Of a DNA stretch of 64,000 nt, positions 12,075 to 25,189 are shown piece after piece. Made by a program: the position numbers and the translations under genes. Below the pieces are notes generated by a model. That model saw only the letters and a list, made by a program, of their open reading frames with translations. It was not told the origin of the DNA and ran no database searches. Source of the stretch: Spizellomyces punctatus DAOM BR117 (Eukaryota); assembly GCA_000182565.2 (NCBI GenBank), contig KQ257476.1, one strand, 5' to 3'. Position 1 is the stretch's first letter. The number at the start of each line of letters is the position of its first letter.

Positions 12075-13080
12075 AATTATGCCTTGAGGGTCCAAGAGTG
12101 GCACCCAGAGGGGGGCGAGGGGATCCCGGTTCGTGATTCTCGTGGAGAACGACCACGGAAGAGGGTGCCACGTACAGCCGAGGAAGAAACAATAACAGGT
12201 GGTGGAGGGGAGTGAAGAAAACGAAAACAAGCCGCGGTTCTCGCAGAAAACGAACGTTGAGAAGAGTCGTGGAAACCGATGCGGTTAAGAGGGTAGCATG
12301 AACATACGAGAAAAGAAAGGAAAAGAAGGTGGTAAGTATACGTCCAAACGTATTGTTGATGTTGATGCACCCCATTTGACAAGTGGTTGCTGCCTTTTTT
12401 GAACGGCATAACACATGGAAGACTTGTCCATGACCGTGAAGAATCGTGAAGGGACGCGGCTGCCTACTCCTGCTTAGCGCCGACCGAAGTCAGAAACCGG
12501 ATCGGAACAGGGACTAGCGAATTTTGGAGATTGCACATAGGAGGGGCCGGTGCCAACATGTCACGGGTCGACTTTCCGGACGAGGCACTCGTAGCTCACA
12601 TAGGAGGGGCCGGTGCCAACATGTCACAGGTCGACTTTCCGGACGAGGCACTCGTAGCTTACGCAGCTCAGCAATCACCATCACGGGTCCGGTCCGACTG
12701 GGTGCAGAATACTCTCTTTCTACCAACCCATTTGGAATGGAAGAAAAAAAGCGGCTGGGTCCGGTGAGGGCGCGGGTCCGTAGACGCCCCCAGGCGATAA
12801 GCCTGGGTTGCCGCATCAGGGATTCCACCTCTCCCCACAGCAACGTCGCATGATTTGGGAACCGCGAAAACTCACCTTACTGTTTCCTTGGTTGAGGTGA
12901 CGGAGAGCGCGCGAGCCAGGTGTCGGGGTAGCAAGTGCCAAGTCAGGTCAAACAGCGGATGACGAAGGTTGTGCTGGAGACCGCGTTGCAACGTACTGTA
13001 GTAACAGCCAAGGTACGAACGGGAGGGTCCACCCGTCGGGAGTTTGATGATGAGGAAGAGAGGGAGGGACCACTAGTGAA
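12075..13080 (+). pseudogene. Repeat module B: decayed intron-containing gene with CxxC...EIAH...N-xLxL-PTH (HNH-like) signature
   Basis: Homologous to 27065-27880, 27880-28660 and 32430-33330 (reverse strand). Conserved GTAAGT donor at ~12332. Frames give LEIAHIGGAG...DWVQNTLFLPTHLEWKKKSGWVR. It contains a ~64-bp tandem duplication at 12534-12660. Confidence 0.65.
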
Positions 13081-13219
13081 TGACCACCACACTTTAAGCA
13101 CTTTTAATGCATTAATTCAATTAAATGCACTCTCAATGATTCACAGTCATTTGACGCACGTGGTTGCAATTTAGGTTGCAGTGTGCCAAAAAAGGGTGGT
13201 TGCTCACTTAAGCCCAGTG

Positions 13220-13563
13220 AGGGCGGACGGCTTAGGAGAGTGGCTTTCGGGCCGGTACAATTCATGGCGACTTAACTCAGTCACAGCGGGAGGAGGCTCT
13301 CGCTGCATTCAAAAGTGCAAGAAAGCCTATCCGTTGCCGCCCAGAGAGGACTGGACATTCCAAATGCCATGCACGTCATCCAGTATGATTTGCCAAACCA
13401 GATTGACGACTATGTTCACCGAATTGGCCGTCTGTCCCGTGGCAACTTGGGAAAAGCCACATCATTCTGGAATCCGGACAATTTCCCGATTACTTGCGAT
13501 TTGGTGAAGAAATTGCAAGAGAATAAGCAGCTAGTTCCTGAGTTTTTACGTGGTGGTGGTGGT
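13220..13563 (+). pseudogene. DED1/Vasa-type DEAD-box helicase C-terminal domain remnant
   Basis: ADGLGEWL / [26 protein letters not shown] / [46 protein letters not shown]...[12 protein letters not shown], with frameshifts and deletions. Confidence 0.88.
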
Positions 13564-13942
13564 TCAAATTGTTATCTCGCGCCAATTAGAACTGTAGATG
13601 GTGATCATGTACATGAGTAGAATAGCATTGACCAATTTCCGACAACAATATTTGTTCCGTCACTGATGACTTCTAGCCATTTTGTTCCTCCGCCGCATCA
13701 AATTCCTTGGTACGAATGAATATCTTCTGTATTGCCTTCCTACCAGATCTGCTCATCGCGGACGTATTGACCGTTAGTCGCACGCGCCAATTGGTGCAGT
13801 TCACAGCCATAGGTGGTGTATTGCCGTCCCGCTTACAATGGTGCAGTGTAGACGCAAATATATGTAGAGGTTTTAGCTGCTAGTATCTATTAAGCCGGTG
13901 CCCAGCATATACAAAAATAGTAAATGTAGTCACTCATGGATT

Positions 13943-15739
13943 CTATAATTCTAGGACGATTGTTGGTATCTCGGGTACTCTTTCAGTCTTGTCTATCTTG
14001 TGCGTGTATTTTGTAGCCGGCGTCTTGTGGTTTGTGGCAGCCTGAAGAAGTGCCTCATATGATTGCATCAACTTCTGAGCAGCAGCGGAATCCAGGTTGC
14101 CGCCGATGATTAGTTTGCTGAAAGCCACTCTTGCATTTTCGACGAGATCGTTTTGTTTTGGGACGACATCCTCTTGTTCTGAATCGGATTCGGTCATTGA
14201 TTCCTCCGCTGATGTGTCATCCCGGGCTACGACCGTCGATGAACGACTCCTGATGAGCGAGCTTAACGACCGTCCCATTTCTGATATGGTCGATACTGAT
14301 GGAATCAACGACATCACACCCCCTATTAAATTGAGAGCGACGTCCGATGTATGTTTGAATCTCGTGTGTCTTAGTTCGGGGAGCTCTAGGCTGTTCAAAA
14401 CAGGCATCGAGGCGTTGCGACCCAGTCTGTTCATATCTTCTGGAGGTGGGCCGTAAAGTTCTATCAGCTGGTCGATGTAGTCGTGGTTTTCCTTGATTCG
14501 AGCTCCCATTTCTCGCTCGAATTTATCTACCATTTCGTGTCCATCTCGGGTTTCTGTTAGCTGTATCTTGCCGCCAGCAGTACCCTCCGAGCTGGCCAAG
14601 TAGCGTATACCAATTTTGCGGTGGCCGAGGCGGAAGTTGTAAACCATGCGAACGAGTTCCACAAACTCGGGAAGATGGGCATAGTGTTCCCGGAGTTTCG
14701 GCGCATGGGTGTCGAGAAAACTGTAGTGGAAAATGAAAATTATTAGGGTGGAATCTTTAATTTAACGTTACGTAAGCAGCATACTGTACCTCAAATAATC
14801 GCGCATCTTTGTGGTCATCGCACTACGCGACCTGATCGTCTCTCGATACATCATACTTTCCCCTTTGATACTCAAGATCGCGTCCAAACTGGTAACAGGA
14901 AGCATTTGAGCACCAGAAGCGCCGCCAATGCCGTCTATTCCCCAACCATGGGGCCCTTCAATGTAAAGAGCAAAGTACCTAATGGAAAAGAAAACCTATT
15001 AGATCGAACTCTTATACAACTGAGATCTAAATTTTCTGACTTACTTGGAGCTGATAATCTTTTTGGAATCAAACTCGTGGAGTGTCCTGAATACCGATGC
15101 AGCTAGACGCTTGGTCATTGCCAAGTGCTCTGCAATGACTTTCTCCTTGTCAGGTATGCTATCATCGTCGAGAGCAGTGCAGAGCTCAACAAGTTGCTCC
15201 AGGAACGGTGCGCTCTTTTGTTCGAACGTCCACAGCATCTTTGTCCATCCCTTCTCTGTTTGCATCACCCCTGGTAAGATGCTGTTGAACATGAATCGAG
15301 AGCCGTCACTTGCTGCATCGTAGTTGCAGACAACGAGAGCATAGACAGAACCGGCGAAAGGCAAGCCTACTTTGCCGGTCAGATGCAACAAGGGAACTTT
15401 AAAACATGGCGGAACCGTCATAGATTTGATGTCGCGAGTCTCTTGGAGTACTGGAACATGTTTCCACCGGTATTGGTGGACAGCAACAGTAAACAGGGCG
15501 AGTGTGGCTTCGAAAGCTCCGTCGCTATCTGGCTCCAGAGACGCAATTGCGTCCATGGTACTATCCAGCAGGCCATTGAGTTTATCAATATACTGCTCAT
15601 AGCGCTCTTCGACCTCAGCTGGAGAGAAGAAGTTAAGCCAGGTTGTTGCTTCATCGGCGAGGTCGATGTAAGGCTGCAGCGCGGTCGGAATAAGGTCGAA
15701 GCGCGATGTTGGGGGCCATTTCATGAATTGGTATGCCAT
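13943..15739 (-). CDS. Indoleamine 2,3-dioxygenase-family heme dioxygenase (3 exons) with C-terminal extension
   Basis: Exons ~15739-15045, 14978-14790 and 14720-13943. Motifs HQYRW, VPPCFKVPLLHL..GLP, GASGAQ (cf. GGSAGQS), MRDYL, FRLGHRKIGIRYL (heme His) and GTAGG. Confidence 0.8.
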
Positions 15740-16327
15740 TTTTTTGACTAGCAAGCAAAAGTTTAAAAGACAATCAGTGTTGGACCGGTAACTCTTGAGT
15801 TTTATTGCTAGAGATAAAGTAAGGGGGGGACGACATCTAACTCTATTTATGCACTTGGATTTGTCACAATTTTAAGCGTTGACTTTTGTGAAGAAATGCC
15901 CACGTTGGAAAACTAGTGGCAAAACAGACACCCGTAAAAAACAGATGGAGTTTCAGTCCTTGTTCTGCACGTTCATCATGCAACCAAAAGTCAGGATGAA
16001 TCATTTCGATCTTACTTCTAGAAGCGAGTTTTCGATATCCAACCTTACCAAAGGCATAACCAGTATTTCCAAATCATGGAATATTCACGCTGTTTTGGCG
16101 GTACCATATCAATGGGCCTAATGATAGAATTTGGATTTTACTATTTGGGTTTGATCCAATTCCCGCCTTTTTCGGAAAGAAGTCGTCTCGAATGAGGCTG
16201 ATGCAACCCTTGGAAAATTCTCTTTCAATATCTAAACTACCCCGTCCTCCCAGTTCCGCTCCGACACCGAACTTTGCTCCGCTCTTTTTTTTTTGATTGT
16301 AGGCGTTTCTTTCATTTTTCGCCAAGC

Positions 16328-17633
16328 ATGGGCCTCGACGCGGAAACATTCACTTATGTTTTGGGTATCGTTGTCGTCAGGTAACTTATGCTGATGGACT
16401 GTGCGACACACGATGGGGGGGCATTACCAAGTTTTATCTTACTGACAAAATTTACAATGGTAGTATGGGGACTTTGTCGACCTTCGAGAGCATTGTCATG
16501 GCTTTTCAATTTCTGACTCGAAGCTCCGCAGTATCAATTAAGCTCGTAATGGTGATGACTATATCGGCTTTCTTGTGTAGTGTCATCAACCTTAGCGATT
16601 ATTTTATTGGTATGTATAACCTGGTTTACAGTGAAACGTTTCCATTTTATAGTATTTAATTCCGATCCCTTTCCACTCTGGTCCTAACAAATAGCGACGG
16701 GAGACTGGTGCGTATGATGGATTTTCTAAAACCCTCAAGGATGATTTACGGTGCTAAATTCTGCATTCTTGCTTCCTACCAGCAAGCATCACTACGCCGC
16801 CGCGACTTTTTATCAGTGCAGCTTCTATCTCATGGACTGTCTCCTCATTGCGAATGCCAACACCATCCTCAAGGAAGCCAATCACAAGTACAGAAAGATT
16901 ATTTTGGGAGCTAACGGCGTTCTCCTCGCACTTGGTATTGCCGCGGGAATAACGGATATATATCAGTTCACCTTTCTGCACCCAGTACCGGGAGTTACAT
17001 GCATCCCCATTCAACCGAAAATTGCATGGCCTCTCTACGGTGCCGCTGAGCTGGCGATCACACTGAATCTTGCTTATTTCTTTGTCCAAGAGCTGAGATA
17101 CAGTATTGTAAGTTGCCTCTTGCCCCGTATAGTTCAATAATTTATCTGACGTGCCATTGGCATTACTTATTGTAGCACATCATGCGAAAAAACAAGCATG
17201 CAGTAACGGACATACTTGCTGAACTCTGCAACGACCACATTGTGCTCAGTCTTCTTTCCGCCATTATTGTTTTCATCTGTCAAACACTGATTGAACAAAA
17301 CTCCCTTGGTAAGTACGGCAAAGACTCCTTTGGTAAGACGCGTTCAATGGCCCTAATCCTTAATGCTTCCCAGGTACCAACACGTTCTTCCTCATTTTCA
17401 TCGAGCACCCGATCGCTGTGCGCTTGATTACATACTCGGTTAACCCAGATTTTGCTGAATTGCATACCATTTCAAAAAGTGAAGAAAATCTTGCCAAAAG
17501 CGGGAAACCGGCAAGCATCGGAAGTGTCACGACCCGCCCAACGCTTGCTATCGCACGTTCAAGGGAAATCAGGTCTAGGGAGAGAATTGGACCTGAAATT
17601 AAAGTTACTGCGGAGAGGGAGGACACGGTTTAA
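16328..17633 (+). CDS. Multi-exon polytopic membrane protein, 7TM/GPCR-like
   Basis: ATG 16328 MGLDAETFTYVLGIVVV|gtaact. About seven hydrophobic segments across exons, extracellular Cys residues (GDWC, VTCIP) and a Ser/Arg-rich cytoplasmic tail. Confidence 0.65.
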
Positions 17634-17794
17634 AAACTTTTACTGTACTAGACAATTTCATATATACCTCAGCTCCGCTGAATAGTCAGCGCAACCTTTG
17701 GATCCACGTGTGGTTTTATATCTTTTGCTCCAGCAACCAATACTGTCATCAGTCGATGACTAGAATTTGACGGCGCGATCACAAGTACCAGTAA

Positions 17795-17833
17795 GGTAAA
17801 ATTCCGGAGAACCACCACGGTAAAATTCCGGAG
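17795..17833. repeat. Short direct repeat
   Basis: ggtaaaattccggaga occurs twice, 24 bp apart. Confidence 0.75.
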
Positions 17834-18289
17834 ACCAGTCCAGGTGCATCTTCTGACTGCTTTTGGCTACATGCCATTAATACTTGGATTAGATCGGCCA
17901 TTAAAGACTGTCGCTCTACTGAGAGAACATCATAGATTAATCTGCTGGTTGAACGACGGAAGTCAGAGGTAGGGACATTAACAATGTCCAACTGTCCATG
18001 AAATTCGTGATTTAAACAAGCTTGATGGAAAGTTAGGCTTCTTTGTTGACGTCTTAACGTACTGTTACAGCGCAGACAATATTACACATGGCCAGCATCG
18101 TTGGATACGTTTTGTGGCAACGAATACTAAATATTTACTCTAACTCAATCTCTTCGAGAATGTGCGCTCTTTGTGACTTTGGATGCAAACAATCACGCTG
18201 CAGGCACAGCATGGCACAGCAATGGCACAGCACTTGATTCGAGAAGGAAGCGCCTAGGGCAAACGTTTGCCGTGATCGGCTTCCTTGTC

Positions 18290-21200
18290 ATGGGCGAATC
18301 AGTTCCCGCCTCGGACTCATGGCACCCTTTACCAAAGGGAATTCACGGCGTAGTTACCTCTGCATATGTCCCGGCACCCGCGTTGTCTCTCGGATTATCG
18401 ACTGAAGACTTGACAGCGGTCACCCTGGGAGGCTCCATCGCTACACAATCTGCGGTGGAGCCCCCGTTGACTGATTACCGAGTGCGCTTAGAACTGGGTG
18501 ATACGGTTCACCTGCTTGAGGAATGTGGTTCTTGGTATCGGGGATATGTATTCCCAACTTTATCGATGGAGTCTGGTTCCAAACTGGGCATATTCCCCGC
18601 TAGTCACATCTACTCTCGTTCCTTGCAGGACAGAGGATTGGCCAATAGCAACCGGGTTTCAGCATCTCTTCCTGAACCAGTCCCAGCTCCGCAACCGGAA
18701 ATTGAATTGGGAAAAGACAGTAGACCCCGACGGCCGTCCTTGTCTCGAACCCTGACGGCACCACTACCACTTTCAAGCGCTCTCCCGTCCATAGAACTTC
18801 TAATGCCAGAGTCTTCTCCTTCTCCTTCACCGAAACGACCTATTCAACCACAGAGACCGCTATCATATACCGCTGGTTATTCCACTAGTCCTCGAAGAGT
18901 TGCTCACCCGATCCCTGCTCCTGTACGGACGAATCATGAGACATTGACCGGTCTTAAAGAACCGCTTATTGATGAAATTGCCGCGGTTCTTCGAGACTGG
19001 GGCGGAAAACTGAAATCTTATTTGGAGCTGCAAGAATATGAGCGGTTTCAGCGCGTGCATGGAATGTTCAGCATTCTTTTTCAAGGGAGGAGGACGCTCC
19101 TGGCTCAAACTCTTGCGCAGGAGGAACTTGTTCGCCTGCGTAGAACATTAATTGCCACCATGGAAGAAGGGAACATGTATCAAAACATGGACTTGCTCGT
19201 TCGTCATAGCGAAAAGGGACATTTGCTCTCTGAGAGAAATACCACCATTATAAATGTATACCGTATGCACCTTCAGCTAGCGGAACGTCGTCGGCTAGGC
19301 AGAAGTGGATGGCGATCTAAGGATCCGACATCCCCCTCTTCTACATTAGGGAGCTACATTGAATCACCATTGACGAACACAGATCTTGACGTTCTAGCTA
19401 CCAAGTTTGCTCACTTACTTGTTGAAGTCCGGTCTTGTGACGCTTCAATATGTCTGCCAGGCGAATATGCGGAGCTTAGATTCTCTCTCTACAACTCCAG
19501 CGACTGCCGGATGGTGACTGAAGAGTTCATCATGAAAGTTGATAGTAGTGGCAAACCCGTGTCTGACGGTGGATGGGCTTCGAATAAAAGCCGTACATTA
19601 TTCGCAGAACTCGCCTTTAGGGATTTGACAGATAGTATGTACTTGGTTTGTCGACTCATCCGTGTCGGCAAAATGAACGTTAGCGAGAAAGAAAGCGAAA
19701 AGGCAGATAGAGCTGGATACGGTTCCGTCAGCTCGCTGCATACTTCTACTTCTTCTCTCGACATATCGAATGGCAACCCACAAAGCTCGTCCCATTACCG
19801 TCGTCCGTTTGGTTGGGCGGTCGCGCTAGTGGGTGACCTGCTGAAGCCTGCCGAAGCAGGCAACGCTGATATGGAAAAAACGAAGGAGATCAGGATGCGG
19901 ATTTACGTCCCATCCTCCGAATCTCAGTTCACCTCAATTTGTGAGAACATCATCAACCGGTCGGGTGGTTATGAAACGTCTTCACGGGCGGACTCATTGC
20001 AGGTGACCTTGAGAGTCTTTCGAGGCGATTTGAAGGCAGTGACCCGGACATATCCGGCCCTTCTTCCACAAGCGACTGTTACTCCACGTAATGGATTTTA
20101 TGATGTGATTCTTCCTGGCGTGGTGCGCAATTCAATGTATTTGACCCTTGTGTCTGGGGAGTTCATTCAGAGCCGAAAACCCTCTATCCGAAATATTCAA
20201 GTCACTGTCCAAGTTCGGCTGACAAATGGGAATCCCGTGGAAGATTGCATTTCATGCGGAGTGGGAGAAGGGAAGAGGACCTACTACGACTCGATTGTTT
20301 TCTACCACAATACGACACCGAAATGGACCGAGACAATCCGTATTGACCTACCAACCGAGCTGTTTGAAAAGGCGCATGTCTTTTTTACATTTCGCCATTG
20401 CTCTTCCTCCGACAAAGGCGACGGTAAAGATAGAGGAGAGCGCAACTTCGCATTTGCTTTCTTACCCCTCCTACGAGGAAACCACATGGTCATCTCCGAT
20501 TCAACTCACTCCTTGAATCTGTACAAGTATGACAAACGTGTCGCCGTCTCATCTGTCTACCTCACGTATCCAGCCGGGGCGAACCTTCTCGTGCCCGCCA
20601 AGCAGGCACCGTCGTCGTTCGACGCTTTGGCAACGGCTGCAGACGCAATGTCGAAGCTCCCGATGCTCAAAGATTCGGTTACAATCCGTACGCAGTTATG
20701 CTCCACCCAGCTAACCCAAAATGTGTCACTCCACAACTTCCTGCATTGGCGACAAGGCCACCAGCCAGTCGAGACCGTACTGCGGGAATTCATCTTGATT
20801 GGTGAACTGGAAATCATCATGTTTCTCCCTGCCATTCTGGATTCGTTGTTTTCCATACTCGATGCTGTGGCGGATGGTTCTCTCGGCGTATCCTCCCAGT
20901 CAGTAGATGATCTAGTGTTTTCCGCGCTAGTGTTCATTTTGGGAATTGTTGTAGATAAACGCTTCACTAATCATCGAGCCGCACTTGACACCTATATCAG
21001 TTCCACGTTCAGCAGTGAAGGAGCTTGGGAGATTTTGTTGAGAGGATTCGAGAGACTCATCAAACATCCCCAAGATAGCGGAAAAGGCAAAGAATTGAGA
21101 AGTGCGATCAAAGTTTGGAGCTATCTGTTGCGATTCGCAATCCGGAGCAATGTCATCAGCACCATCAAGGCGAGGAAATCTCACTCCCAAGGCTCGGGGG

Positions 21201-24200
21201 AAATAGCGAACAACCAAGGGGATTTGGTATCCGGTGGTAGAGTAGCTGCCCCTACGTCGGAATTCATCCAATCTATCACTTCGCTCTTCAACGCTATCAA
21301 CCAAATGATGACACTTTCTGCCCCTGAGCACATAATTGGATCACAAACTTTGACGCTCCAGCACTTTGCGAGTCTTTTACCTGACCTTGTTCAAGTCTTC
21401 CCGCCACCTCACCTAGTGAATATCGCTGCAACATTTGTCGACAGTGTGCGCAGCAATCGACCAAAGCTTAACGGATACAAATTACTGTTTGTGAAGGAGC
21501 TGGTAAAGGGATTTTTGTTTGCTGATGACAGAAGCCGAGGTGTGGTGGTAAATTGTGTATGCCGATGGGTAGGCGAGTGGATTAGAGAATGGTTGAGCTA
21601 TGCCCCGCGCACATTTGACGATATCCCCCCGACGCTGGACCTCGCAAAGGACTCCAAAATTAGTGGAGAGAGGGAAAATCTCAAATTCTGCTTAGATGTT
21701 GTCGCAGAGGTGGTCGATCGCTTACAACGATTGATGGAAAAAAGGGAGAGAGAAAAAGACAAAATGAAAGGGGCGCATCAACATGAGAAAGTCGCGGATG
21801 GTACCTCGACACAGAGCGAAGCTACATTGATGTGTGTCGCCGACCTTCTCCCTAAGCTTCTAGAGGTGCATTTGACTCTTGTGTCTGAATTGGGAGTCTC
21901 TACCGGCGGAGACGAACGTTATGAGCACAGAAGAAGAGCTGATACTGGCGTGAAGGACATTAATACCGAGAAACAAATCCTTCCGCAGTCATTAGAGTTG
22001 GCCCAGCTCGATGCTATTATTTTGGCCATCGTTCATCTGTTGCGGGAAGATCAGATGCAATCTTTCCTGGTAAAGCAAGCAGCGGGTAGTGGACCAAGAG
22101 GAACTGTACGAAGCCTGTATACACTCTGCGAAGTCTTTGGGCATATGATTGGGGAGCAGTCGTTCCCTGTTTCATGGGTCAGTATGAATATGATCGCACA
22201 TCGGGTCACCACGAAGGTACTTCGCCCCGTGAGTGAGCTCATGCGAGCGGAGTTTGTTGGCGGGAAGGATGAAGACGATGGGTCTACAGGCAAACGGGCA
22301 AGCGTTGCCTTCAGCATAAGCGGAAGTGAGCTGTCGAATGCAGAGATCCGCAGCGGAGCCCGAACGTTTTATACTGCTGCCACGGCTTACGGAACTGCGG
22401 TTAATGGCGAGCATAGCACGATTTTAGACGAATCAGGCACACAAGCCTGGCTTCACCGTATTTGGGACGGGTATTTCCGTGTGCTTCTTCAACTACTTAA
22501 TTCCCGCTGGCTGCAAATTGAGCGATTTGAACCGCAGCAAGCTCGAGCAGCACATAAACTTTCTGCGGATGTTCGGGGAGAAGGTGGGGAAGTGCTGCGG
22601 ACCATGTGGGAATATCTTGGCTCCACATCACGGGGAAAAACACTGCAAGCAGGTTTCATTCCCGCCCTGGTTGGACCATTCTTGCAGCTCACGGCGTCTC
22701 CACATCCAGTCCTTCGCAGTGCTGCAGTCGAGTTGCTCTTCAACACTATTGAACCCGAATTCGAACAAGTAGGGCATTTTGGAAGAGTTGAGGTGGAATG
22801 CATTGAGCGTCTTCATCGCCTCATTGCGCAGGAAAGGCTTGGTGATGACGCCTATCGATCATTCATAGTTGATGCTCTTGAACGACGATTTGCCACCAGG
22901 GCGCTGCTTACTGGAGATGAAGATGACCACCACAGCCGGGAGCTGACTACTCAGGGGCAAGCGTTCATCGGCAGCCTTGATAAATTTTTGGGGCTTTCTC
23001 TGCGCATTCGAGATCTACCATCGGGAGAACAGTCTCACGATGAGGCAGTTGAGACTGTCGTCAAAATGTTGAGGTTCTTGCGATCCATCGGTCGACGGAA
23101 TATCTATGTGGAATATGTTCATCGACTGTTCGACTTCCATATGGAAACCAATGATGTTGTAGAGGCAGCGTTGGCGCTGAAGCTTCATGGCGACCTCTTG
23201 GAATGGCGGAGTGACGCGCTTTTGGAACCTTTGCCTGCATACGGGTTCCCTGATTGGCAAACGGAATTCGAGAGGAAGGAGGCCATTTACTTGCGCTGTG
23301 TAGACCTTCTAGAAACTGGCCAAACTTGGGAGCGTGCTCTCGAGCTTTGCAGAGAATTAGCAGGAGAATACGAGCGAAAGGCATATTCATTCAGCAAGCT
23401 TGCAAACATCCTCCGTCGTCAGGCAGATCTATGTGCTGGTATAGCAGCTACATCTCGCTGCCAGCCTGAATACTATCGCGTAGGATTCTATGGTCGGGAT
23501 TGTCCGCCATTACTACGGAATAAGCAATTTATATACCGCGGAGGTGAATGGGAAAAACTCGGGTCTTTCTGCGAGCGCCTTTTGCGAAAGCATGTGGGTG
23601 GCAAACTAGCTAAAAGTAATGCATATCCGCCACCTCCTGAAGTCAAGGATGGAGATGGATTATGGTTGCAGGTCACAGGCGTGAAACCAATTATTGACTG
23701 GAGAGCATGGAGGACGGGGAAAGATAGTGGGGCGTTTGGCGCCATTCAATGGGAGAGGCCCTCTAGTACCCCAGATAATAGATACGGATTCGACGTGGAT
23801 GACGGGGACGATGCGGATTTGCTTCTTATCGAACCGGACCTGAGTCCATATTCAGCCACGCAACGCGGATCGGCGGTCGGAGGAAATATTTTAGGTGCCT
23901 TGGAGCGAGCTGATGAGCGCGTTAAATCATACTACGAGGCAAATGAGGTTAATGTATTTGCCTTCTCACGACCGGTACGGAAGTCTTTACCAGCAGAGTC
24001 CACTCTGCCGGCTAATGATGGCGCAAGAGAGTTCCTGGAGTTATGGACGGAGAAGACTGTATTCCTCACAGATGATCGATTCCCTGGCCTCAGCAGGCGA
24101 TGTGAAGTGGTGAGAGTTGAGAGCTATGAACTTTCGCCAGTGGAGAACGCCATTATCGCCGTGCGTGGGAAGAATAAGCAGCTTCAGGAACTGGAAAAGA

Positions 24201-25082
24201 AGTTTGCCCCATTTGCGCAACTGGGACTCCCTCGTCCAAGCTCAGATCTGGGCGCCAGGGGGTCGTATTTACCAGTCCAACGGCCGGATCGAGCATCAAG
24301 CTCGTCCGCAGCCGAGATCCCAAACGTAAATCCGTTCACAATGGCGCTCAATGGTGCTGTTGATGCTCCGGTCAATGGTGGAATTCCCATGTACAAACGA
24401 GCGTTTTTGAGCACGGAGTATCGAAGTGAAGCCGAGAAGAATGGGCGGGAGATGCTTGTCAATATGTTGGAGAGAGCAATTGAAGAACAAGTGCGTTGAA
24501 GCAGCTCTACCATCCCGGTGTAGGCAGATAACCCTAACCGTGTTTCGCTTTTGCTCTGCAGGTTGAAATCATCCATCGCTGCTTGATGGTCCACGACCAT
24601 ATCGTGCCGGAACAGATGAGACCATTACACGAGGAGCTCATCACCTGTAAGAAACTTGCTGTACCGATCTGCCATAGCCCTGCTTAACATATTATTTTGG
24701 GCTATAAACAGTCTTCCACAAGAACTTTGCAGATGACATTGCGAGACTCAACCTGCCCTCACTGCGACATGCTCGCCCGTCAGGGCAGGGTCTGCGCAGG
24801 AGTGAGAGTGTGTCGCCTACAGTCACGTCATCTGGATCATCCGCTTCAGGAGATGTGAGGACAAATGCAACTGCAAATCCTGCTCCAACAACGACTACGA
24901 CGTCACGAATGAGTTCCAGTCAGCGGTCTTCCGTTATACTTGGCTTGCGCCATTCCCTATCGACGGCTGATGGTAGTGGGTCAGTGAGCGCGGCAGTAGG
25001 CACAGGAGATGGGGAGTCTGTCACCGCAGACAGCCGTGGCAGAAAGGATCGGTTTGGGACAATCTTAAATAGGTTCTTATAG
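18290..25082 (+). CDS. DOCK-family (DOCK1-5 type) Rac GEF: SH3-like, DHR1/C2 and DHR2 domains
   Basis: 2108-aa ORF with LELGDTVHLLEECGSWYRG (SH3), YRRPFG, SIVFYHNTTPKWTETI..HVFFTFRHCSS (DHR1), PEYYRVGFYG..LRNKQFIYRG, LSPVENAI and LNGAVDAPVNGGIPMY (DHR2). Two small introns at ~24491-24561 and ~24647-24711. Confidence 0.95.
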
Positions 25083-25189
25083 TATAGATAGTAGTCGTAA
25101 GGGTTTTTTTGTAAATTTTTCTAATATATTAGTCAAGTTATATATAATTATACTTATTATATAATTACATATATTAAACTAACTTAATG

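Noticed and set aside
13315-13620. Functional small helicase gene
   Set aside because: No ATPase domain, upstream frameshifts and an altered motif VI. Pseudogene fragment.
18173-18289. N-terminal extension of DOCK from the ORF track
   Set aside because: It begins at GTG. The first ATG, at 18290, is the likelier eukaryotic start.
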